Position numbers and translations under genes: made by a program. 64,000 nucleotides of DNA from a virus, in IMG/VR virus record IMGVR_UViG_3300035698_015907; one strand, 5' to 3'. How positions within the stretch are numbered: position 1 is the first letter of the stretch; each line of letters opens with the position of its first letter. Positions 10,954 to 21,758 of the stretch are shown one piece after another. The notes beneath the pieces were generated by a model. It was not told the origin of the DNA. It saw only the letters and a program-made list of their open reading frames with translations, and did no database searches.

Positions 10954-11118
10954 TTACATAATATAATTCTTTTGTTCCATAGCAATAGCTTTAATATCGG
11001 CACGTGAAATGCCCAAATCTGAAAGCGATCTATTATCTAAAGAAGATAGTTCTCTTACTGTATTCTGATACTGCATCCATCTTTTGAATGAATTCTTAAT
11101 ATTTTTCATGACACCCAT
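10954..11118 (-). CDS. DUF1127 small protein (54 aa, not in ORF track)
   Basis: MGVMKNIKNSFKRWMQYQNTVRELSSLDNRSLSDLGISRADIKAIA..; SD AGGAG. Confidence 0.85.
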   Translation of the reverse strand: MGVMKNIKNSFKRWMQYQNTVRELSSLDNRSLSDLGISRADIKAIAMEQKNYIM

Positions 11119-11216
11119 GATGTTCTCCTACTTTTCTATAAGTTATTATACCTTATATTTAGCGCAAGAAACATGGATAATTGGGTATACCTACTATTCA
11201 CTGAGGTTGACCCTCT

Positions 11217-11873
11217 TTACTTGTGCTTATCTTTGTGGACGTACACAACATCAGCAACTGACATACAAACTCTATCATATCCAAGTGATTTCATATGTTC
11301 TTCACCTTTTCTATCATAGCTTTCTGCAGCAACTACTGGCTTAAATTTCTTTATTGTTTCATCAGCTCCAAGTATAGCTTTGTGTTCGTGACGTTCTATA
11401 TCAAGCCATAATAAATCGCATGCATCTAATTCAAGTTGATCTACTTTAAATGCTGGAATATTTTTAGTTGAACCAGCATCAATAGTATTCATACCAAGAT
11501 TTCTACTATTATTAACACTAATTCCAACTAAACCATTTTCATCAGATAATGCTGCATTAAATTTGAATATGTTATCAAATGGAGTATTCAGAGCTAAACA
11601 CAAAAAACTTAGAGGATATGGTTCAAAAGTATAAACTCTCTTAAATCTTCTTCCAAGCATTAAGGGATACAATCCCATGTTTCCGCCTGCTTGAACTACA
11701 ACATCAAATTTTAAAACTCTACTAAATATTTCTTTTCTGTGAGTTTCCCAATCTTTGTGCGGTCCATGCCAAGAACCTGATTCACCTTTAGGCCACCAAA
11801 GACCATTTACGCCTTCATCAGCTATAATTTTTTCATTGTCAAGATGAATTTGATTTTCGAAACTTTCAGACAT
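11217..11873 (-). CDS. FkbM-family methyltransferase
   Basis: VQAGGNMG, VYTFEP, NAAL, LDIERHE motifs. Confidence 0.85.
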   Translation of the reverse strand: MSESFENQIHLDNEKIIADEGVNGLWWPKGESGSWHGPHKDWETHRKEIFSRVLKFDVVVQAGGNMGLYPLMLGRRFKRVYTFEPYPLSFLCLALNTPFDNIFKFNAALSDENGLVGISVNNSRNLGMNTIDAGSTKNIPAFKVDQLELDACDLLWLDIERHEHKAILGADETIKKFKPVVAAESYDRKGEEHMKSLGYDRVCMSVADVVYVHKDKHK

Positions 11874-12432
11874 TTCTATTGAACACTGCTAATATGGCTG
11901 CTTCACCCTGTGAATCTATATCTCTGGTTCCAATACCAGTCCACAAACCAGATGGCTCTGTTACATCTTCTAATGAAATTTTATTCCATTTTATTAATTC
12001 CCACTGGAACCACTGCTCTCTTCTAGAGTCATACAAATATATTTCATTTGAATCTGGATAGAGTATTTTAAAAACTTCAATAGCCCAAGCAGTTCCACCT
12101 ATTACAAGGCCAGTATCTATATCAAGGCCAGCGACAGCGTAAACAGAATTAGTATTTTTAACTTGCCAATAATTTCTTCTAAGCAAATTATTGACATGAT
12201 CTGATTTAGTGGGGAATTTTCTTTTTAGAACTTTGTTAGCCATACACAATAAAGGATCAGCTAAATTAAGGTCTTGTTGAGATAAAACTTTTGAACCTTC
12301 ATTATTAGAAGATCGGTGGGTTTCAAAAACATAATTAATATATTCATGACCAGCTCTTTTAGCTGCTTCTATCCAAAGAGTATCAGCTCCAATCGCGCCG
12401 CCCGATTGACAGTAATTAATATTCGAACTCAA
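11866..12432 (-). CDS. SLOG/DprA-like Rossmann-fold protein
   Basis: SGGAIGADT, LLRRNYWQV, GGTAWA, GIGTR. Confidence 0.6.
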   Translation of the reverse strand: MSSNINYCQSGGAIGADTLWIEAAKRAGHEYINYVFETHRSSNNEGSKVLSQQDLNLADPLLCMANKVLKRKFPTKSDHVNNLLRRNYWQVKNTNSVYAVAGLDIDTGLVIGGTAWAIEVFKILYPDSNEIYLYDSRREQWFQWELIKWNKISLEDVTEPSGLWTGIGTRDIDSQGEAAILAVFNRNV

Positions 12433-12633
12433 GGTAATTCAATTCCTGTGAAAATCTTAATCATGAAAATATTAAGAAGAATAAAAGAAAATACATAAAC
12501 ATAAAGATCATTATGTTCTGCGAATGCTAATGCAAACATTGTTATGATGGTAGAAATAATACCAGCAACAACAAATATACCAGAATAAATCAACGCATCC
12601 ATAAACAACATTATTTTCCAGCTTTACATTTTG

Positions 12634-13080
12634 TTATGTATTAGCAGCAGGCTTCTTTACAACAGGCTTCTTAGCAACCTTCTTTACAACCGGAGTTTTA
12701 ACTGAAGGCTTTTTAGCGGCTGGCTTCTTTACTGGTGTTTTCCCAACAGAAGCTTTTTTGACTCTTTTCTTTGGAGCTGGCTTAGGTGTTTCCACAACAT
12801 TAGAAACAACTTCTGCTTCAGTAGATTTTTCTTTTACTACCACCACTTCAAGTGTCGCAGAGCCTGAAGAATTCAAAGATTCTTCATTGTCAGTCGCAGC
12901 ATCTATAATAAAAGTTTGTGACTTGAATTCTAGTTCATCGCCAGGTACCATTAACGAATGCATTAATGCATTCGCAGTTTCTTTACTTTCGCGGTCTTTG
13001 CGTCCAAAATAATAAACAGCCCAGCAGACTAATACAAATCCACCAACAAATAACAAGCTCCACATAAGTTCAATGTCCAT
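12634..13080 (-). CDS. membrane-anchored protein with Lys/Pro/Ala-rich tail
   Basis: N-terminal TM helix; repeated (V/A)KKP. Confidence 0.6.
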   Translation of the reverse strand: MDIELMWSLLFVGGFVLVCWAVYYFGRKDRESKETANALMHSLMVPGDELEFKSQTFIIDAATDNEESLNSSGSATLEVVVVKEKSTEAEVVSNVVETPKPAPKKRVKKASVGKTPVKKPAAKKPSVKTPVVKKVAKKPVVKKPAANT

Positions 13081-13325
13081 TTAAATTCTCCTTAATTGCA
13101 CTATTTGTTTCAATCCATTCTATAAGATTGTTTCCATACGAAGCATCTGAAATCGTGATAACATTAGGAAAATTTCTTTCAATCATTTCTGTAGCTTCAT
13201 CAAAATTACGAACTATTACAGTTCCATTTTTATATGGGACTTCAGCAATACCAGTATCCGTAACGAAGAGTTCATAATCACTCTTTCTTATCATATTTAT
13301 CACTCATATTTATAAATTCAACGTG

Positions 13326-13724
13326 TTATTTTGAATACACAATCCACTCAGGCTTAATTTCACATGAGATAGAAAAGTGTGGAAAATGACCTTCAGTAGT
13401 TACTAAATAACCCGAATGAACAGAACCATCTGTATCAGGTTTATTTTCAGGATAGATATTATCTTTATTGTTCTTAAACCAGTTCTGCACCATTTCTGCT
13501 ATAGCTTCTGGACTTTCTCTATCAGACAAAAATTTATTATATGTAGTTGAATCAGAATTTGTCGCCCAATGGAGAAATAAACTTTTCCCTCCATCAGATA
13601 CAGTCCAACCACAAAAATCACTGTTTATTAATCTAAGTAAAACTGCAAGTCGACTTACACTTTCACCAGTAGCTCTTAATGAAAAGAGGCCATTTATACC
13701 TCCTGAAATATCTTCAGACATCAT
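13326..13724 (-). CDS. hypothetical protein
   Basis: 132-aa ORF, PDTDGS..G..PEWIVYSK. Confidence 0.6.
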   Translation of the reverse strand: MMSEDISGGINGLFSLRATGESVSRLAVLLRLINSDFCGWTVSDGGKSLFLHWATNSDSTTYNKFLSDRESPEAIAEMVQNWFKNNKDNIYPENKPDTDGSVHSGYLVTTEGHFPHFSISCEIKPEWIVYSK

Positions 13725-13733
13725 ATATCCTCT

Positions 13734-14279
13734 TCATACCGTTTCAACTTCTAACGAAACACCTTGAGCTTCTATCATAGTTTCAATCTCATCAAAAGAA
13801 ACTGGTGTATATGCAATTCTTTCAACAGATATATTCAAATATCTCTTATCAGGTAAAACTCTTTCATGAATATGGCCGTGAACATTAGCTTTAATTCTAA
13901 TTTCATGCTCACCAAGATAAACAGGACGATGTGTTAATAGTATCGGTCCCATCCTCCTAGATTCCATCACTTTTTCAAAATGCTGAAAATAGAATTCAAA
14001 GTCTTTACGTTCAGCATAATCATGATTTCCTAAAATCAGACGTTTGTGACCATTCATTCGATGTAAAAGAGGTGAAAGCTTTTTGATACCAAACCCTACA
14101 TCACCAAGACAATACCATTTATCATAAGGACGAACAACTTTGTTGTGGCACTCAATGATATGCTCATTCATTTCATCTGCATCAGCAAATTGGCCACGAA
14201 AAAGATTTCCATCATCATCTTTGAATGTGAGAATCTTTGCGTGATTTAAATGTAGGTCGCTTGAGAAAAATAATGTCAT
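13734..14279 (-). CDS. calcineurin-like metallophosphoesterase
   Basis: SDLH, LGD, GNHD, THRP, HGHIH motifs. Confidence 0.9.
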   Translation of the reverse strand: MTLFFSSDLHLNHAKILTFKDDDGNLFRGQFADADEMNEHIIECHNKVVRPYDKWYCLGDVGFGIKKLSPLLHRMNGHKRLILGNHDYAERKDFEFYFQHFEKVMESRRMGPILLTHRPVYLGEHEIRIKANVHGHIHERVLPDKRYLNISVERIAYTPVSFDEIETMIEAQGVSLEVETV

Positions 14280-14318
14280 TTAAATATTGTACTACAAAAA
14301 TAATGCTTTGTCAACAGA

Positions 14319-14879
14319 TTATTCAGTATCATCTTCATTTGTATCTAATGCTTCTATGAATTCATCATCTGTAGGTAGTTCATGTAAAGTATATTCTTTC
14401 ACAAACTTAACTGGTTCATATTCACCACCATCATCAAAGATAGAAGAAGGAAATCTTTCACCTTCACCTACTAGAATTTTGTTGCACCCTTCATAAATTT
14501 CAAACATTTCTCTATCAAGATCTATAATATAAGCCCATTCACAAAATAGACTATCACCTGCAAAATCAATGTCATTTTTAAGAACTATTTCATTAGAATT
14601 ATTATTTTCATTAATGAACTTAATAATTTGTGCGCCGTGAATTCGGTGAGTGAAAGGAAATTTTTCAACATAACTTCCTGTAAATTCGCTCTCAGTGCCA
14701 AATCTGCATTGATCTAAGCTGTTCTTGAAATTTTCAATACCATGATCTTCTTCCATGATATTTCTAAGTATTGTTAAAAGATCAAGACCTTGACCTCTAG
14801 GATAACCATACCACTGACCATACTGTGCAACAACAGGTTCACCATTGCGATAAACCGCGATAAGATGTCTAGTACCCAT
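14319..14879 (-). CDS. conserved phage hypothetical protein
   Basis: MGTRHL..AQYGQW.GYP..G..FCEWAYIIDLD. Confidence 0.7.
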   Translation of the reverse strand: MGTRHLIAVYRNGEPVVAQYGQWYGYPRGQGLDLLTILRNIMEEDHGIENFKNSLDQCRFGTESEFTGSYVEKFPFTHRIHGAQIIKFINENNNSNEIVLKNDIDFAGDSLFCEWAYIIDLDREMFEIYEGCNKILVGEGERFPSSIFDDGGEYEPVKFVKEYTLHELPTDDEFIEALDTNEDDTE

Positions 14880-14880
14880 T

Positions 14881-15333
14881 TTAATTCACTCCTTCATTTC
14901 CAACTATAGGTCCACCTGGAAATACAGCTAGACCACCATTTTTATATCTAACTAATCGACCGCTTCCACAGCAAATCTTACATTCTTTTTCACCGAAGAA
15001 ATCTAATCCCATTAGACCATAATCAGAAACATGACCATATCCTGCACATTCATAGCATTCTACAAAATCATGATTTTCTTTGAATTTGTTTAACATAGAT
15101 GACATGCCAAATTCTGGATGCATGCCATCAGACAATGTTGATATAACATCTAAATATCTATTCCATGAGGGGACTTGTTCATAATGATTATGTAATTTTT
15201 TAATTGCGATATATATTAAAGCAGGATTACAAAATGGATTATCTACACTTTCAAGTATTTTCTTGTAAAGCTTTTCCACATCGCCATGCAATAACATAGC
15301 ATCAATATAAGAATCTGTTACAGAAACACTCAT
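14881..15333 (-). CDS. hypothetical protein with DnaJ-type zinc finger
   Basis: CYECAGYG...CKICCGSG. Confidence 0.55.
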   Translation of the reverse strand: MSVSVTDSYIDAMLLHGDVEKLYKKILESVDNPFCNPALIYIAIKKLHNHYEQVPSWNRYLDVISTLSDGMHPEFGMSSMLNKFKENHDFVECYECAGYGHVSDYGLMGLDFFGEKECKICCGSGRLVRYKNGGLAVFPGGPIVGNEGVN

Positions 15334-15471
15334 CAGAGCTTGCTTAAAACCTTTTTAACTTCTTTGATAGTTTCCTTAACACCATTTCTAAGTTCGGTGT
15401 ATTGCTTAATTTTCTTCTCAAACATAACATGTTTATCATTAAGAACAACAAGACGATCTTCTAATTCTTTT

Positions 15472-16056
15472 TTAGTTTCTATCATTTATCAATTTCTCTA
15501 TTTTTTCTTTAACATAAGCAGGGTTAGCTTTGCCTCGAGCTTCTTTCATAACTTGGCCAACTAGCCAATTATTTACTTTGTCTGAACCATCTAATTTTTC
15601 AGAATTAGCTTCAATGATATTAATTATCGTTGTATCAATATCACTATTTTTCACTGGAACATATTTAGGATCGGATAAAATTTTGGAGAGCTCTTCACCA
15701 AACAAATATCGCCTAATTACATCTTTGAAATGTCTCTTATCAAGAACTTCAAATTCAAACATCATTCTACATAGAACATTCATTAATTCTATGTTAACTA
15801 GATATTCTAAACCGACTTCACCAAATTCATTAGATATTGCATTGCCATCATTATTAATAAGCTTTGCTATCTTTGAAGAATAGTCAAAGTTTTTAGTAAA
15901 TGGTTCACTAAATTTAATTGCTTCTGGTATCCAAGCATCTGTCAGTCTAACATAACCTGTAGTGAATTCTATATTTCCAAATTCATCAAGTCTGTTGCAT
16001 GTACCATATTCTATATCATCTACAATTTTAACATTTTCATATGAATATTTAGACAC
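15472..16056 (-). CDS. GatB/YqeY C-terminal domain protein
   Basis: WLVGQVMKEARGKANP. Confidence 0.75.
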   Translation of the reverse strand: MSKYSYENVKIVDDIEYGTCNRLDEFGNIEFTTGYVRLTDAWIPEAIKFSEPFTKNFDYSSKIAKLINNDGNAISNEFGEVGLEYLVNIELMNVLCRMMFEFEVLDKRHFKDVIRRYLFGEELSKILSDPKYVPVKNSDIDTTIINIIEANSEKLDGSDKVNNWLVGQVMKEARGKANPAYVKEKIEKLINDRN

Positions 16057-17275
16057 AAGTCTTCCCTATTCCATCAAGCAGTTCTTCACGATTTAATACA
16101 AATCTAGAATTTCCCCACTCGGTGCGAAGCTCTTTAAGCTTAATACCAACATCAGGACCAGGTGGAATTCCAAGTTCAATTAAATCTTTACCAGAGACTG
16201 GAAATTTTGGCTTTGGCATTGCCATATATTCATCAAGAAATCTTGCAAGCTTATGATCACCAATATAAACAGAATAATGATATAGCTTTCCAGGATCAAG
16301 TTCACCTCGTGCTATTCTAGACATAACATATTCTGGGCCATCAACCCAGTAAATTGCATGTCCTTTAGCTCCATCTTCTACAATATGATTCTTAATTATG
16401 AATTTCATAATATCATAAGAATTATTGTCGAACTTAAGTCTCTTTCTCAAATTTATCAGATTATCTAACGAGTTGAGCATTGCTACTATGTAATACAACG
16501 GGCTCTTTGCTCGATCATTTATAGCAAGTTCTTCTATTTTAGCAATGCAGTCAGGTGATAGATACAAACTAGCATCTATAGAATACAGTATATTATGATA
16601 TTCCATAATCTTTAGCACTGTTAATGCAGATGTGCCAGAACAAATCTTAATAAGTTCAGACCAAATTCTTTCACCAGAGATTTCTGAAAGATTGCTACTT
16701 AATTTTGTGATTATTTCTAATGTTATAGGATCAATGACTGGATTATTAAGCTTTGACGCGAAACGAAAATAACGAAGTATTCTAAGATAATCTTCTTTGA
16801 TTCTAGAATCAGCATAACCTACAAATTTAATGACTTCGTTATTTAGATCATTCAAGCCATCAAAATAATCGTATAATACACCTTCTTTATCCATATACAT
16901 AGCATTGAATGTGAAATCTCTGCGTGATGCATCAACTTCCCAATCAGTAGTAAATTCTATTTCAGCATGACGGCCATCAGTAATAATATCTTTACGAAGA
17001 GATGTTATTTCAACGGCTTGCTTATTGATAATAGCTGTAATTGTACCGTGCTTCAGACCGGTTGGAATTACATTATATCCTAATGCAGCTAAAGAACTGC
17101 ATATATCAGTCGGCTTAACATCTGTAGCAATATCAATATCATCAGGTTCAATGCCCTGAAGCATATCACGTACACAACCTCCAACAAGTCGTGCACTGCC
17201 ACTTTTTATACTAGCAGCCTTATCAACCTTTCGTAGTATTGATAATGTGTTATGATCTATTTCAAAAGAATTCAT
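16049..17275 (-). CDS. cca: CCA-adding tRNA nucleotidyltransferase
   Basis: VGGCVRD, DIDIAT, EITSLR, DASRRDFTFNAM, RIKEDYLRILRYFRF, ISGERI. Confidence 0.92.
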   Translation of the reverse strand: MNSFEIDHNTLSILRKVDKAASIKSGSARLVGGCVRDMLQGIEPDDIDIATDVKPTDICSSLAALGYNVIPTGLKHGTITAIINKQAVEITSLRKDIITDGRHAEIEFTTDWEVDASRRDFTFNAMYMDKEGVLYDYFDGLNDLNNEVIKFVGYADSRIKEDYLRILRYFRFASKLNNPVIDPITLEIITKLSSNLSEISGERIWSELIKICSGTSALTVLKIMEYHNILYSIDASLYLSPDCIAKIEELAINDRAKSPLYYIVAMLNSLDNLINLRKRLKFDNNSYDIMKFIIKNHIVEDGAKGHAIYWVDGPEYVMSRIARGELDPGKLYHYSVYIGDHKLARFLDEYMAMPKPKFPVSGKDLIELGIPPGPDVGIKLKELRTEWGNSRFVLNREELLDGIGKTCV

Positions 17276-17337
17276 TTAATGTAACCACATTTTGTTCAGT
17301 TTTATATTTGTTATTTAAGCTCTCTGAAAAATAAACA

Positions 17338-18804
17338 TTATTTCTTTTTCCACGGCATATCTACTACGCCAGCCATAATAGATCCTCTTGGCATAATACG
17401 ATCTTCAACAGTAGCAAGACCATATTTATTTATTTGACTCTGGACTTGTTCAGCATTTTTATATGATGACGGAAGCTCAGATATATCAATATCACCAGTG
17501 TAAAACCGAATATCAAGACCTTCGGTTTCCCTTTTCAATACTGCATCTTTAACTTCTTTTGGAACAGTCCTATTTTTATTCCACTGATCTCTCACGCCAA
17601 ATTCATCTACAATTCTTCTAGTATGTTCAGTTCTTGACAAGTTTCTTCCTGCACCATGGGGTGCAAAACCAAGATTCTTATCTGAATTAGCATGGCTAGT
17701 AAGAAGAATTGGCTGAGCCATATTCAAAGGAATGATAGTAATTCCATTATCATCTAATGAATACCCATCATATGATGGCGTAGCTCCTTTAGCATGGAAG
17801 AAATTATCTCCACGTTTGAACACGAAGTTGTGTTCATTCCAAAACCAGTCTTCCATGGAATTACCAAGTCTTTTTGCAATAGTTTCGTGTATAGCAAAAT
17901 GATTCATTTTAGTCCACAAACGAACAGTCTGAAGAGCTATCCAATAATCATGACCAATTTTGCTGTCATAATCTAGCCACGCCTGATGCTCTGGAATTCT
18001 TGGTGCTACAACAGCAGTATGCTTCTTTGCAGCTGACATTCCATGCTTATATAACAAACCACCAAGAGACCTAGAACCATGATGAGTAACTAGACACATC
18101 TGTCCTGTGGATTCTAATTCACCGACATACAAAAAGTGATTTCCATCACCTTGAGTCATAAAGTGGTTCTCGGCAGCATCAACAAACTTCTTATTATCAA
18201 GAAAACTATTTCCTTCGAATTTAGAAATAAGTTCCTTTAGTTTGTGGTTTCTGCGCACTTCTGATTTAGATCTTTTGCCTAAACCAAAGTGAGTAACTTT
18301 CATTGCTTCATCAAGAACTCTTTTTACATCATCATTGCGCTTGAAAATAGTTACTGCCATCGAGCAGCAAATATCAGCAGAATGCATTCCTGGATGAATG
18401 GTACCTTTAGTTTCTATTACGCCCCCAACTGGAATAGTTCCAAGCTGATTTCCAGCCGGCATTGAATCTGGCATAACCGCAGCTCTTTCCACGGTCGGTA
18501 GTCTCATAATTGCATCCATGTGTTGGATTACATTTTTGAGATTCTCTCTTTCATCATCAGATTCTGGATCTAAAAATATCTCGAACGGGCGAGAATTTGT
18601 ACGAAGAGATAAAAGGCTTTCTTCATACACTTTCTGTTTTTCTAGAACATCATCATAGAATTTTAAAGCAGCAAATTTAATTTCATCTAATGAACTGCCT
18701 TTATTTTCCATTAGATTTACAACATTTAACAAATCACGAAAGTGTTTACCTTCCGGGATTCCCCACTCTTTTAATTTTTCGCCATTCATAGTATCATCCG
18801 CCAC
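17338..18804 (-). CDS. rtcB: RtcB-family RNA ligase
   Basis: MPD, SADICCS, GDGNHF, THHGSR, NEHN, HAKGAT, HGAGR, ELPSSYK. Confidence 0.92.
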   Translation of the reverse strand: MADDTMNGEKLKEWGIPEGKHFRDLLNVVNLMENKGSSLDEIKFAALKFYDDVLEKQKVYEESLLSLRTNSRPFEIFLDPESDDERENLKNVIQHMDAIMRLPTVERAAVMPDSMPAGNQLGTIPVGGVIETKGTIHPGMHSADICCSMAVTIFKRNDDVKRVLDEAMKVTHFGLGKRSKSEVRRNHKLKELISKFEGNSFLDNKKFVDAAENHFMTQGDGNHFLYVGELESTGQMCLVTHHGSRSLGGLLYKHGMSAAKKHTAVVAPRIPEHQAWLDYDSKIGHDYWIALQTVRLWTKMNHFAIHETIAKRLGNSMEDWFWNEHNFVFKRGDNFFHAKGATPSYDGYSLDDNGITIIPLNMAQPILLTSHANSDKNLGFAPHGAGRNLSRTEHTRRIVDEFGVRDQWNKNRTVPKEVKDAVLKRETEGLDIRFYTGDIDISELPSSYKNAEQVQSQINKYGLATVEDRIMPRGSIMAGVVDMPWKKK

Positions 18805-19075
18805 TTCCTAATGGAAAAGGAGCTTCACTTAATTTAAGTTCTTTTCCAATTACAACATCATCATTAAAATAGTCATAAGCAAATTTAGTCTTAATTCTTT
18901 TTGCGAGCCACAAACCATTTTCAACACTAAAATTTACTGACCATGAATTATGCAATTTATATTCTAATTCTGCTACTGACCCTGCAATCTTCATCAAGTT
19001 TTCTGCCGAAACCACTGCAGGTGCAGCAATCAAACCGATTGCTGCCGTAATAAAACTTCTGCGTTGAATATTCAT
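18794..19075 (-). CDS. small protein with twin-arginine-like leader
   Basis: MNIQRRSFITAAIGLIAAPAVVSA. Confidence 0.55.
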   Translation of the reverse strand: MNIQRRSFITAAIGLIAAPAVVSAENLMKIAGSVAELEYKLHNSWSVNFSVENGLWLAKRIKTKFAYDYFNDDVVIGKELKLSEAPFPLGSGG

Positions 19076-19082
19076 TTCTTTC

Positions 19083-19724
19083 CTAGCATGAACAAGAGAA
19101 ATATTCAGGTACAACACCAGTTATAGGTGAACCGATGATAGTAGCAATATCTTCCCACAAATAAGAAGGAATATTGCCGCGTGCGTCTGAATCATATATT
19201 GTGATATGTGAAGTGTCAATACAATCTAAACATACATGAATAAATTCTGTTAGTTCCATAGAAATATCATTATCATTCATAACTCGTTGTATGCGTTCTT
19301 CAGCATTTTTAACGTCTGATGTTTCTGGAACACCCCATTTATTAATAGTATAAGTGCTAGCAATAGTCACCGTTGAACCGCTTATAGCTTCTTGATCACC
19401 ATTAAATGATGGATGCTCCCATTCATGGCGAAGAGCTGTGATAGTTCTTGGATATAGAATTAGCCAAAACTTTAGACCTGGATTAACACCAGTCTAAAGA
19501 AATGGATCAACAATACCAATGAATTTTTCAGTAACACCAATAATTGACGAAACTTTATCATGACTTCCGGCAACCAGACCAACATGTTGATTTGGAAAAA
19601 GTCTCTCATCAGAAGTCACTGGAACTACTGCAAGATGAATAGCATCTCTGTTGCTTTCGGTAGCAGCTAGAATAGTGCCGAGAGTTTCTAGTGCTGTTGC
19701 GGGTTCACTCGTAGAATTAGCCAT
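19083..19724 (-). CDS. conserved phage protein interrupted by one in-frame TAG (19494-19496)
   Basis: ORFs 19494..19841 and 19083..19370 are in one frame; reads RDAIH...[37 protein letters not shown]...YFSCSC. Confidence 0.75.
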
Positions 19725-20720
19725 AACTTTATATTCCTTTCCTTTTCCTATTGCACTTCTCATGCAGAGTGTGCATGGACCACATGTCCCGCATTTATTA
19801 GTATCAATCATTTCTTCCCGGTCACGGTAAAAAGCTCTCATGTACTAAAGCGGTGTCTGAAAAATAATCTAACGCCCTAGTCAAATCACTTTTTTATATA
19901 TACACGTAGGCTCGGATAAAGAGCCTATTACTTGGTACGCTTGAGATGATTTAGTTTCTAACATATTAGCTAAATCATTTACGTCTTTAGCTGGAACATA
20001 CATTTCACCATTATGCATAATATATGACGGTGACAATGATATATCATCAAATTTTGCAAGAACTGTTACTGATAAAATCTCAGCTATTACTATCTAAATC
20101 CTTATAAAATGTGCATGAAGATAGTAATGACAATCGAACTTTGCCGCTATTTTCAAGCAGAATAAATTTTGAAGTTTTTCCCATGTACTTATCAATGAGA
20201 TATGTGCCGTCTTTGAATTTAATGAAAAGACGTTTACCTTTTGGAAAGGTTGAATGAAGGACCATAATTACCACGCGTTAATTTCAATGTCAACCCATGA
20301 CCACGAGCTCGCTTTATAATTAGAGGGCTCCCACGGTCAGTTTTTACCGACTTGAGCTTATATAATTCATGCCAGCGGAAAAACATATTCCAATCTGACT
20401 CTCTAAATGTATCATCTGGGAACCAGAGTTTAACTTTAGATTTCTTTACAATTGACTTACCATCCGCGAAGACGCGGGCTATCGCTCGGACTGTTGTTGC
20501 AGATGGATATGTTATGATTTCATCAGCTGACATGAGAGACCTATTAAATTATTGTAGACCACACCAGTATCCACTGGGGCCCAAAGACAGATCTTATTGT
20601 ACACATAAAAATGGGTTTTGTCAAGGCTTATTTTACAAGCTATTGTTTTTAAATTACTATTTGACAACCAGTTGTTTGTATTATATAATTTAGTTGACAT
20701 TTGCAACTTTGGGACTTATA

Positions 20721-20954
20721 ATGCTAAAATTGCAGTATTATACAGACGGGAAAAGACATTTAATATGTCTGCCCTATTCAATTCAAAATCTTCATAAGAT
20801 GGCTGATGAATTGGGTATTAAACGATGTTGGTTTCATCGTGATCATTACGACATCCCTAAAAGAAGGATCGTAGAAATAGAAGCTAAATGCTGCTTTATA
20901 ACCTCTAAGGAGATAGCACAAATTGCTAGACCAAACATCAATAACAAGACTTAA
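20721..20954 (+). CDS. DUF4031-like protein
   Basis: LHKMADELGIKRCWFHRDHYDIP. Confidence 0.65.
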   Translation: MLKLQYYTDGKRHLICLPYSIQNLHKMADELGIKRCWFHRDHYDIPKRRIVEIEAKCCFITSKEIAQIARPNINNKT

Positions 20955-21197
20955 TCTCACTCTTGGTGAAAACATTATTATCAGTGGAACTGATGATCAG
21001 TTTGAAAATGCAAAAGGATCAAATTTAGGGCTTGGGATTCTCGGTAGTTCTAATGCTCCTGATGTATACATTATATTGCTAGAAGATAGAATTCCAGAAA
21101 ATATTGCAATTTTAATGTCAGAAGAATATTTGTATAGATTCCAATAAGGATTGATACGTTTAAACGTTTTGATCGATTAATCAATAAAATAGAAAAA

Positions 21198-21473
21198 ATG
21201 ATACCTTGGGGTAAAAATTTCCTTAAATGGGTTATAAAGCCAGAAGCATTCATTTTTAGAATCCCACTTGCTATACTCTTTATGCTAGGTGGGCTTATAA
21301 GTTTTCTTCCTATATTGGGAATTTGGATGTTTTCCCTCGGTCTCATTTTATTAGCTATTGATATAGTAGTACTACGAGAGCCGCTCGCAAGATTTCTTAT
21401 CAGAGTTCATCGTCTATTTCAAAAAATTATTAGAAAAATAAAATTGAAGTGGAGTGAAATAAATGGCTGGTAA
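21198..21473 (+). CDS. small membrane protein (PGPGW-like)
   Basis: GG..FLPILGIWM..LGLILLAID. Confidence 0.6.
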   Translation: MIPWGKNFLKWVIKPEAFIFRIPLAILFMLGGLISFLPILGIWMFSLGLILLAIDIVVLREPLARFLIRVHRLFQKIIRKIKLKWSEINGW

Positions 21474-21666
21474 AAAAGAAGTTTTTATATTTTTAGATGC
21501 TTTAAGGCGCAGTGGCGCTGTGAATATGTTTAGTGCTTCTTCATATATTGAAGAAGAGTTTGATCTACCTAACAAAGAATCAAAACAGCTGTTAGTAGAT
21601 TAGATGGAAACATTTGATGATGAAATATCTGTTGAAGATAGAATAAAACAACTAAAAAGTAGTTGA
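21463..21666 (+). CDS. small conserved phage protein with in-frame TAG (21601-21603)
   Basis: MAGKKEVFIFLDALRRSGAVNMFSASSYIEEEFDLPNKESKQLLVD*METFDDE...; SD GGAG. Confidence 0.65.
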
Positions 21667-21758
21667 CAAACATAAAACTCTGATATATAATATCTTACCA
21701 TCAATTTAGAATGGTTAATAAGCACAAAGATATTAACATTATCTGAGCGAGGATACAA

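Noticed and set aside
19804-20090. TGA read-through in a small minus-strand gene (FLP*P at 19822)
   Set aside because: The same gene has a frameshift near 19890, so pseudogenisation is the simpler explanation.
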